Assembly (NCBI GenBank): GCA_964016885.1
Contig: OZ024742.1
Span: 45,880,001-45,944,000, forward strand
From: Eledone cirrhosa
Lineage: Eukaryota
Length of the DNA stretch: 64,000 nucleotides
Direction of reading: 5' to 3'
A program made the position numbers and the translations under genes. A model generated the notes under the pieces. It made no database searches and was not told where the DNA came from. It worked only from the letters and a program-made list of their open reading frames with translations. Shown in pieces: positions 1-9,459 of the stretch. How positions within the stretch are numbered: the stretch's first letter is position 1; every line of letters starts with the position of its first letter.

Positions 1-1770
1 TAGTTCCCTAAACTTCTTCCATCCCGTTCTTACCCTAGTTATTGTACTTTCTGAGCACCCACCTCCGTTGCTAATTCGGTCACCTAGGTAGCAGAAGCTG
101 TCTACTGTTTCTACAGGGCCCTCCCAGAGATTGGTGGTACTTGTTTCCTGTGGCTGTTTGCTTGCTGTTTCAGCACAGCTGCTGCATGTGAATCCTACAT
201 TCTTAATTAAGCTTCCTGAGATCCCGCTACATCTCTTGTGTACCCATTGTTTGCATTTGGGGCAAAGAATGGAGTTCCTACCTACACCTTTCCTACATAC
301 TGAGCAAGGCCATTTCCCTGAGGGGATCTGGGTTCTGTTTTCTCGTCTACTTATAAGGACCTTAGTCTTTGTCATGTTGACTTTGAGGCCCTTTCTCTCT
401 AGTCCCTGCTTCCAGGTTTGGAATTTATTCTCTAGTTCTACCATAGATTCAGCTATGAGTGCGAGGTCATCAGCATACAGGAGTTCCCATGGGCATCCGG
501 TCTTAAACTCCTCCGTTATTGCCTGCAGGACTATGATGAACAGGAGAGGGCTAAGAACAGAGCCCTGGTGGACCCCAACCTGTACGCTAAATTCCTCGCT
601 ATACTCATTGCCAATCCTAACTTTGCTGACTGCTCCCCTATACATGGCTTGTACCGCTTTCACAAGCCATTCATCTACTCCTAGTTTTCTAAGAGCCCAC
701 CAGATTACTGCACGTGGAACTCTGTCAAAGGCTTTCTCAAGGTCGACAAATGCCAAGTAGAGTGGCTTACTTTTAGCTAGGTACTTTTCCTGTAATTGCC
801 TCACAAGGAAGAGCGCATCAGTGGTGCCTTTCCCTGGAACAAACCCAAATTGCATCTCGTCTATATTCACCCGGTCCCTAATCAGCTGTGCTATAACTCT
901 TTCTGTTACTTTCATGACCTGGTCCATCAACTTTATACCTCTATAGTTTCCTCTATCTAGTGCATCGCCTTTACCTTTGTAGCAGTTGACAATGATGCTA
1001 CTGCACCAATCTTTTGGTATGGCCCCCTCTAGTATTACCTGGTTAACGATACGTGTGGTTATAGTGTGACCTACAGACCCAGATGCCTTCAGCATCTCGG
1101 CAGCTATACCCGATGGACCGGTTGCCTTCCCTATCTTCATATCTCTGATTGCCTTACTTACTACGCTGCCGCTGACTTGTACTGCTGGTCCCTCTATAGG
1201 GTCTACGTGGGGTAGGGTCTCTTCTTCCCATGCATTCTCCTCATTTAGTAATCTATCATAATGACTCTTCCATGCATCTTTCTTCTCAGCACTTGTGAGG
1301 GCAAGCTCACCTTTATCATTCCGGATACACTTCTCTCCAATGACATCACAACTATCTCTGACACACTGCCTCGCAATCTTGAATACCTCCTGTTTCTGGT
1401 CCTCACGTTGTAAAACATGCTTGAATTTTCTATCCTCTGCTTCCCTCCTAGCTAAGTATACTTGTCGCCTAGCTTCCCTCTTGGTCTCTATGTAATGTAC
1501 CCTGCTCCCCCCGTTCTTCCATTCTTTCCATGCCTGTCTCTTGGCCTTGACTGCTTCATCTACCTTATTGTTCCACCACCAAGTCACTCTCCTCCTGCTT
1601 GAGGTCTTACTCCAGCCACAAACCTCATCCGTCGCCTCTAGTAAGTTATTTTTTAGGAACTCCCAGTTCTCTTCTACGTTAAATGTCTCTATCTGTTCTT
1701 CTTTACTGTCGTAGGCGTTGAGTAAAATATCTTTAAATCTGTTACTGGTTGAGGGGACTTTCAGCTTCCA
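1..1770 (-). mobile_element. RTE-clade LINE, 5'-truncated, reverse-transcriptase ORF running off the window start (family A)
   Basis: Minus-strand translation gives TWWWNNKVDEAVK, GKATGPSG, NYRGIKL, FVDLEKAFD, GVHQGS and LYADDL. Homology stops near 1770 (WKLKVP). Bases 1-480 are nearly identical to 19955-20434. Confidence 0.9.
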
Positions 1771-1982
1771 GGAGACAAGTAAACAACACAGGGGGAAGCT
1801 AACCGAAGATGGAAATAAACACAAGCAACATAGTTATTCTTTCAGCATAAGCTGTGTGAATATATGAGCGAGTCAGAAAACAGACCTTTCGCTAGTGAAT
1901 CCGGTGTTAGAAAGAATGAAAACCGTTTTTCCAGTGAACGAGGAAGATATATATATATATATAAATATATATATGATATATA

Positions 1983-2148
1983 GGATATGTCCCAAGGCTC
2001 TGATACCATCAACACTATAAACACAGAGCTGGCATATCTAAGAATTGACTAACTGCCTGATGAGGTCATAGCCATTCAATGGCTATCATCGAAATATATA
2101 TAGCAGTAAATAAAGGATTATGAGTTCATGCAATTGACTTATGTTTCG

Positions 2149-2152
<4 letters not shown>
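1983..2152 (+). mobile_element. Short non-coding Penelope-like (pLTR-type) repeat fragment between (TA)n tracts
   Basis: Contains a minimal hammerhead motif followed by AATAAA and is flanked by TA repeats. The PLE assignment rests on this architecture only. Confidence 0.5.
2052..2107 (+). ncRNA. Minimal type I hammerhead ribozyme motif
   Basis: actgc-CTGATGA-g gtc atagccatt c aatggctat cat c-GAAA-tatata-TA-gcagt. Stem I is 5 bp, stem II is G-C closed and long, stem III is the palindrome ATATATAT, and the AUA cleavage triplet ends at 2102. Confidence 0.85.

Positions 2153-2198
<46 letters not shown>
2153..2198. repeat. (TA)n microsatellite
   Basis: Direct reading. Confidence 0.95.
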
Positions 2199-2201
<3 letters not shown>

Positions 2202-3115
2202 TATTTTACTTGAGTACAAGTGGATAATAACTCTACTTGGATATTTTTTATTGGTGTTGTACGGACAGGTTTATATCACATTTAATGCAACAGCTCTCTT
2301 TTCAGTTCTTCATTTCATGACTTTGTTTCTAGTTTGTTGAAGATGTAAATTTAGTATATGGTCATAAATTATTAGTACTTTTATCTAACTTCATTTTCTA
2401 ACCACAATATTTACAATTCATTTCCCCTTGACCAGAGAAAACAAACTATTCCATGCTGCTAAAGTAGACATGTAAATTGCCGAATTTGTGATACAGGTCA
2501 TTAAACATTAAGTAAAATAAGCTCAACTTTGGAATTCAAGGGAAGAAGGGCTCTATTTTATTCAACTTAAAAATATGTTGTCTTCTTCTTCCTGAGAAGG
2601 TTGTAGGGGCAGAGGCTTCAAACACACCTTCCGGTGGGTCCTGTCAGAAGCAGTTGTCTCCAATTGATCCAGGGGGATCCCCAAATGAGACCAGCTGAGC
2701 TCATGGATGTTATCCAACAATTTTGCTTGGGATCTACTCTTGGGTGTCCCGCCGGCTGGTTTTGCCCATAAAATCTGTATTTGCCATTAAAAAAAATGCT
2801 GACGTTATATAAGGTGGTGGGGCACCATAATCTTTTAAGTTATGGGTTGAAATTCTGCCCTGGGTCAAGCTAACATTATATTTTCCAAATGTTTATTGAG
2901 AGTTCTTATCAAACATGTCTTTCCATTTCTCTAATTCATAAATATATTCAGGATTTGTGATGGACTTTTGAGTTTTCTGTTCATTCAGTTTTAGGATTTC
3001 ACTTCTAGCATCAAGACTTCTTCACCCATTTATTCCTAAGAGGATCATGGGGACAGAGTCCTCAGACATGCCTTTCAGAGTGTCCCCAAGTGAGACCAAA
3101 TGAGCTTATGGATGT

Positions 3116-3345
3116 TGTGGATTGGCAGCATCAGTGGAGCGTTGGACAAAATGCTATTTGGCATAGAGTTACGGCCCTTTACAATCTGAGTTCAACTCCT
3201 GCTGAAGTTATCTTTGCCTTTCATGCTTACGAGATCGATAAAATAAAATACCAGTAATGCACCTGGGCCAATCGACTGCCCCCCCCCCCCCCCCCCCCCC
3301 AAAAAAAAATTTGTTGACTTTGTGCCTAAATCAGAAACCAATATT
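3116..3345 (+). mobile_element. tRNA-derived SINE (octopus-type)
   Basis: A-box-like gattggcagcatc, B-box-like gagttcaactcc, body ctttgcctttcat...ataaaataccagt and tail ttgtgcctaaatcagaaac. Homologous copies occur elsewhere in the window. Confidence 0.75.
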
Positions 3346-3619
3346 TAAATGTTGTGGTATATATATATAATTACTGATATACTATATTGTTCTATCTTCA
3401 TCTTTTATTGTGTAGATACTTTTGTACTGTGTCACAAAGCATACATGGTCTCACAATAGTTTCTGGGGAATATTTGAATTGTAGCCGCTAAGCTTGAAGC
3501 TGGTTATATCTTTTGTAAACAATTTCATGCTAGATTGTTGTACTTATCCTATTGATTATTGGATACATTTAATAATATACTGTCTTCATGATATAAGTAT
3601 ACATATGAATCATATAGAT

Positions 3620-4385
3620 TTTCTAACTTTGGCGCAATACCACAGATTTATAAGAAAGGTGATAAAATTGACTGAATTTACTCCAATATATTACTGGTAC
3701 TTATTCTATCAACATCAGAAGGATGAAAGGCAAAGTCAGTCACAGTTGGAGTTGAATTTTATAGTAATCATAATAATTGTTTCTACTTTTGGCACAAGGC
3801 CAGCAATTACCCAGTACATTACTGGTACTTTATTTTATCGACCCCGTAAGGATGAAAGGCAAAGTTAACCTCGGCGGGATTTGAACTCAGACCATAAAGG
3901 GCTGTAACTCTTTGCTGCAAAGCATGGCATCCGACCCTCTACCGATACTGCCAATCCACTACTGTAAAAATGAAAGACAATGTTAACCTCGGGGGATTTG
4001 AACTCAGATAATAATGGTTTCTTAAATAGGCACAAGGCCAGCAATTTTGTGGGAGGAGAAAGTCGATTAAATTGGCCCCAGTGCATTATTGGTACTTTAT
4101 TTTCTCAACCTCATAAGGATGATAGGCAAAGCTAACCTCGACGAGATTTGAACTCAGAATGTAATTCTATGCTGCAAAGCATGATGTCTGACGCTCTACA
4201 GATTACTGCAAAACAAATAATAATAATAGTTTCTAATTTAGGCACAAGGTCAATAATTGGTGGGAAAGGGAAAGTTAATCAAATCAATCTTAGTGCTTAA
4301 CAAGTACTTTATTTTATTGACTCTGGAAAGGTGTAACGCAAAATTGAGAGTTGAAATTGGCAGGATTTGAACACAGAATGTAAAA
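3620..4385 (-). mobile_element. Cluster of 4-5 head-to-tail copies or fragments of the same SINE
   Basis: Repeated blocks ggcacaaggccagcaatt...ggtactttatttt...ggatgaaaggcaaagttaacctcggcgggatttgaactcag at about 3620, 3790, 4030 and 4240. Confidence 0.75.
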
Positions 4386-4539
4386 AGATAGAAGTACTAG
4401 AAGGCAGCAGGGGTGGCTGGAAAGAAGAGAAATGAGAATAGTCTGGTGGATGAGTTGGATATCGCTGAATAAGAGTAAGACAAATAATGAATTGCAGAGG
4501 ATGATGGGAATAGAACTAGTGATGAATGTTGTGAAGAGA

Positions 4540-4790
4540 AATGGAATGAAATGGTTGGGTCATGTGTCGGGAAAGATGAAAGTAACAGGGTGAGAAGAGT
4601 GATGGAAATGAATGTAGAAGGAGGAAGAAGAAGACCAAGAAACACATAGTTAAAGATGATGGGGAAGAAAATGAAAGCCAGGGATTTGGTGAGAGGGATA
4701 CAGATATTAGTGAAAAATGGAAAAGCTTGTCATGGAGCCCGCAAGGCTAACCTCTGTTTTAGCAGGAAAGATAGACTTAAAACACTTGTC
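4540..4790 (+). mobile_element. Decayed RTE 3' end
   Basis: Degenerate GHV...RRVMEMNVEGGR..RPRNT motif typical of the RTE C-terminus. Confidence 0.45.
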
Positions 4791-4911
4791 TATATAAAGC
4801 AGTTCTCTAAATGTGTATTTTTCGAATGTGGCATTTAAATTGTAGTAAAATAGAATATATTTGGAAACTAAATACTGAATTTATGAAAGAGGTTATACTA
4901 TATCTTATATA

Positions 4912-5428
4912 GAAACGTGCAACCAAGTGCATACCCTCCATCAGACACCTACCATACTCTGAACACCTTGCTTCCCTGGGCATGGATTCATTGAAGCTCC
5001 GACGTCTGGCAATGGACTTGGTAAACACCCACAAAGTTATTAACCATCTTGCCAACAACAACCCTGAGCACCTTTTTGATCTCCATGTGTCTAACACATG
5101 TGGACATGCCTACAAAGTCAGAAAACAGCACAGCTCCCATGACATTTTTTCATGCTTAGAGTTGCTGAAGCATGGAACAAACTACCTGCGTCAGTTGTTA
5201 GCTGCCGAGACACTGCATCCTTTAAAACCCTCATGCCTCCTGAAATTCGCCAAAACTACACCTGATGTCCCCCTTGTATACACATGCACACATGTGTATA
5301 TCATGTACTGTTCATTTTCCTGACGTTTGTACATTACCCTATGTACTATACATACACTTTTGATGAGTTGTAGTGCACCTGAGCACTGTACACAATATTT
5401 TCATTATTATTATTATTATTATTATTAC
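4912..5428 (+). mobile_element. CR1-like LINE 3' fragment ending in (TTA)n
   Basis: Translation RATKCIPSIRHLPYSEHLASLGMDSLKLRRLAMDLVNTHKVI matches the CR1 ORF2 C-terminal pattern. The 3' UTR ends in (TTA)n at 5403-5428. Confidence 0.7.
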
Positions 5429-7057
5429 AGTTGCATTTATCTTGCTTTATGTTCATACGAGTTATCACCAAGTCACAACCAGTGACCTCAAGAGACAACA
5501 AGGTCAGCCATGTTCAAGAAAGAACATACATATTCACACATGCATCTTTAGTGTTTAGACTTGTGATGTACTTATATTGACAGAATCTTCCTTAGTATAT
5601 GGGCAGTTCCCATTAGTACTATCTTTTGTATTTCTCCTATACGCGGGTTTCCTGGGATTTGCGATAAGTAGTCATTAGACCCCTTAGGTATCATTCCCAG
5701 AGCGCCTACAACCACTGGTATTGTTTTAGTTCTCAATTTCCACATTTTTCCAATTTCTATCTCCAGGTCCTTATACTTGCTCAATTTTTCAAATGTTTTT
5801 ATAGATACATTCTTGTCTATTGGAACAGACATATCAATTAGCAGGCATACCCTCTTTTGAAAGTCCTTCAATATTATATCAGGTCTATTTGCATCTATTT
5901 TTCGGTCTGTTTGGATGCTAAAGTTCCACAAGATTGAGATGTGATCTTTTTCAAGTATGGGAGGTGGTTGATGCTCCCACCAATTCTTTTGATGGGGCAG
6001 GTCAAAATGCTTACACATTATCCAATGTATGTATTGTGCAGCTCTGTCATGCCTGTTTAGGTATTCGGTTGGAGCTATAGGACTGCACATTGAAATTATA
6101 TGGTCAATGGTCTCTGGTTGTTTTTTGCATACACGGCATAATGGGCTGCACCCATTTTTTATTATGTTGGCTTGGTAATTTTTTGTTGGCAGACACTGAT
6201 CTTGTGCTGATATAATCAGTCCTTCAGTCTCCGATTTCAGTCCAGAGGATGCCAACCACTGATGGGTTAAAGTTTTGTCAACATCAGGATTGTTAGCTCG
6301 CTCTGGGTATTTTCCATACAGAGGCTTTTCTTGCCATTTCTTAGCCAGTTTCTGTAGCAGTTCTTTCTTTGCAGTTACTTTTACCTGCTTTGCTTTTTCT
6401 GTGTTTTCCATTTCAGCAGTAAATGGGACTTCTGAAATTTGTAGTCCATTACTGTATCTTTGTGCATCTTTTGTAATGGAATATGATCTTTTGATGCTTT
6501 CGTGTTTCAAAACGAGTTTGATCATCCAATCATGTGATTCCCTTAGATATGTAGATAATCCAATTGTTGCAGTTTTCAACGCAATGTCTAACTGGATTAA
6601 CCCACGTCCTCCTTCTTTCCTAGGGAGATATATTCTATCTATATCTGCCTTAGGGTGATGCATTCTGTGCATGGTTAAGAATTTTCGAATTTTTGTATCG
6701 AGCCTACGGATCTCTGTGCTTGACCAGTTGATGACATTGTAACTGTAGGTTATTACTGGTATGGCAAGCGTGTTTATGGCATCGATCCTATTCCTTGCAT
6801 TCAATTCCGTTCTTAAGATTGCTCTTACTCTGCGGTAACATTCCTTCCTTATCCTTTCCCTCATTGTCGAGTGCTTGATTCCGTCTCCTTCACAAACACC
6901 TAGATATTTGTAAGTTTTTTCTTGATCAAAAACCTCCTGACAACGGGGGATATTTTGAAAATCTCTAAACATTTTTCAATCCAACTGTGTGGCAAACTAT
7001 CGAATGCTTTTTTATAATCTATCCAAGCAATCGATAGATTTTTGTGTCTATTATGAC
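5429..7057 (-). mobile_element. R4/Dong-clade non-LTR retrotransposon (restriction-like endonuclease), 5'-truncated and internally deleted
   Basis: ORF 5572-6972 has YKYLG, GGRGL, a CCHC finger (CRVC..ETIDHIISMC), RHD, RPDI and KLSKYKDL. Bases 7057-6930 encode AWIDYKKAFDSLPHSWI in another frame. Both ends abut (TAA)n. Confidence 0.88.
5572..6927 (-). pseudogene. Dong ORF C-terminal part (RT thumb, zinc finger, RLE endonuclease)
   Basis: Uninterrupted frame from DQEKTYKYLG to the stop codon. The RT catalytic core is absent. Confidence 0.85.
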
Positions 7058-7072
7058 ATTATTATTATTATT

Positions 7073-7197
7073 ATTTGTTATTTTATTTCATCCTCTGTTT
7101 TTTTTACACGCAGAAATGCCCATTTGTACCGTCCTGTATTGTCCTGTACTGTCCTTAATGTCTACTTTATGTAAACCCTTGTGGTTAATAAAGAAAA

Positions 7198-7198
<1 letters not shown>
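7073..7198 (+). mobile_element. Solo 3'-end copy (about 125 bp) of the adjacent Tx1 element
   Basis: Matches 12998-13124 apart from one T in a homopolymer run, and is flanked by (TTA)n on both sides. Confidence 0.9.
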
Positions 7199-7228
<30 letters not shown>

Positions 7229-7436
7229 GGCGACCTACGTAGTAAATCGTATCATCGTGAGCTCCGCAAAGATTTGTTATTTCCGTTTGTTAAAAATTGT
7301 CATTTATGGAAAATTTTATTGTTAACTGTTTATAAGCGCACATACATTGTTTTCCGAAAAGGACACCCAAAAAGATTGGGGCCTTGTGCCCAAAATTTAA
7401 ACTTTTATTATTATCAAAAAATTTCTTTGAAAAAAA

Positions 7437-9425
7437 TGGCTAATTCACCTCTGCAACAAGCAGCTGAAAGCCTTCCTCACAAATTAACACCTCACACCGA
7501 CACCACCATTGTAAATGTTACTACGTTTGCCAACACAAAAAAAAATATAAGCAGTAGCAATATTTTAAATTTGTCTCAGGCAGACATTCATTTCCCGCCA
7601 TTACCAATGACTGCAGGTGTTAAAGCCTCCACCACCACCACCACCGCGACAACCACCACCCCCACCACCACTGCGACAACAGAAACAAAAGAAGAAAAAA
7701 TAAATTAACTCGTGATGTCGAAATGAAACCAAGCAAAATGGACTCTTCCGCACCAAAGACGACTGACGTCACCACCACCACAACTGAAACTAAAATTAAT
7801 ATTAACACAAATAACGATAGCAACAACAACAACAATGACATTATAAAACCGACCCTCAGTTTCGCCATAGTAGCAAAACAGTTCGAAGCATTCACGGTAA
7901 CTCAGGAGGATTTAGAAAATGCCAAACAAATGGTAAAGAAAGATGGGTACAGTGTCAGCCTCACCCCCCCCCCCCCCCACCTAATAAAATGGAGCATCGG
8001 CGCCTATGCACCGTGTCGTATAGAACAATAAATGTAAAATCGCGCCGGATGGAACGGGCATCCGAGTCCCAAATCCAAAAAGCTTTGGGACATGTGTGGG
8101 CAAGAAAAACCCACATCAGACGTGGGCAAAAGTATGGAACCGTGGATGTGTTCTTTGAAACACCAGAGGAGGCTAGAGAACACTCCATGGCCCCATTAAA
8201 AAGTGACGACTTCACACTCGTCCCAAGCTATTGTGGCCAGAGACTCGTAAAGATCAGGGTGACCCACGTTCCACCGGCCATCGAAATTCCCTGGCTAATA
8301 GCGGCTGTCCTCGCCGGCATCGAAAATAATAGCAATAGCAAAAGAAAAGCAGGAAAACTGGTCCGGATCTGGGATGGAGCTCCTGATCCAAGCGGACCAA
8401 AAAAGCATTGAGGAGATCCCAGAGGTAATAGACCTCACTGACGGCAGCCACCTCACGGTAATTGTCGAGGGCAGAAGACCTAGGCGTGTCGTTTGTGGTG
8501 AAGGAACCCACCTAAGGGCTTTCTGCCCTCAGGCTAAAAGGTTGAGGCCACCTCTCCTACCCACCCCAGTGACACAACCATCAACACCACCAGTAGCAGA
8601 GATGGCAGCAACAACTGTAGCAGCAACAACAGAAGCAACTATAACAGCAACAACCCCAGCAACAGTAGCAAAACCAACACCACTACCACCACCAGCAAAA
8701 CCAACACCACCACCACCCAACGCTTCAGAACTAGCACCAGCGCCTACACCATCCACCACACCACAACCAAAACTAACGGCTGTGGAGGATTTTCCACTCC
8801 CCGGCCTATCACAACTGGAGACAGATTGTGACGACGAGGAGTGGGAAACGATATCCGGAAAAAAAAAAGAAACCAAAAAAGAAAAAATTCTCTTCCTTCC
8901 CCCTCCAAAAACAAAATACAGAGGGAAACAAATAAATTAAGAAACAAAAAAGTTAGGACAGATATGCCACCATCCACACCAGCATCACCAACCCCATCAA
9001 CCCAAACACCAACACCATCACCATCATTAACCCCAGCACCACCATCACCTACACCACAAAAGTCACCAAAATGCGAAACAGAAACAAACCCACAACAAAC
9101 GCAAACAAAACAAAACAACCAAAACGATACACACTACACAGCATTAAATTTGAACAACAAGCAATTATTACACTACATCCAACACAACACCAGCATCACA
9201 GAAAAAGACTACACAACAACCCCAAAATTCACACCACCTCCACACATACAAATCACTCGCATCACACAGAAAACGTACATGACACTAAAACAAAAATTCC
9301 CCAAAGACATCGGAGACTTCCGACAAGCACTCTCCAGGAGGATTTATAAGGACATCCTTCCTGAGGAGGCCACAAGCAGTGAAAAGGATGGAAAAACCGT
9401 CCTTCCCCTACGAGAAGTAAGGTAA
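7437..9425 (+). pseudogene. Tx1 ORF1 (gag-like, Pro/Thr-rich), frameshifted
   Basis: Consecutive ORF pieces (7181, 7723, 7989, 8374, 8841) change frame mostly near homopolymer runs. The knuckle R*VVCGEGTHLRAFC has CGT where TGT (Cys) is expected. Confidence 0.7.
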
Positions 9426-9459
9426 GTGGTCTTTCCCATCTTTTCCACTCCTTTTCAAC

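Noticed and set aside
131-760. 209-aa plus-strand ORF, repeated at 19846-20304(-) and similar at 34343 and 62474
   Set aside because: These are antisense shadows of the RTE RT frame; the recurrence reflects element copies.
1800-1830. CCGAAGA-tg-GAAA hammerhead-like core
   Set aside because: There is no room for stem II and no matching stem I.
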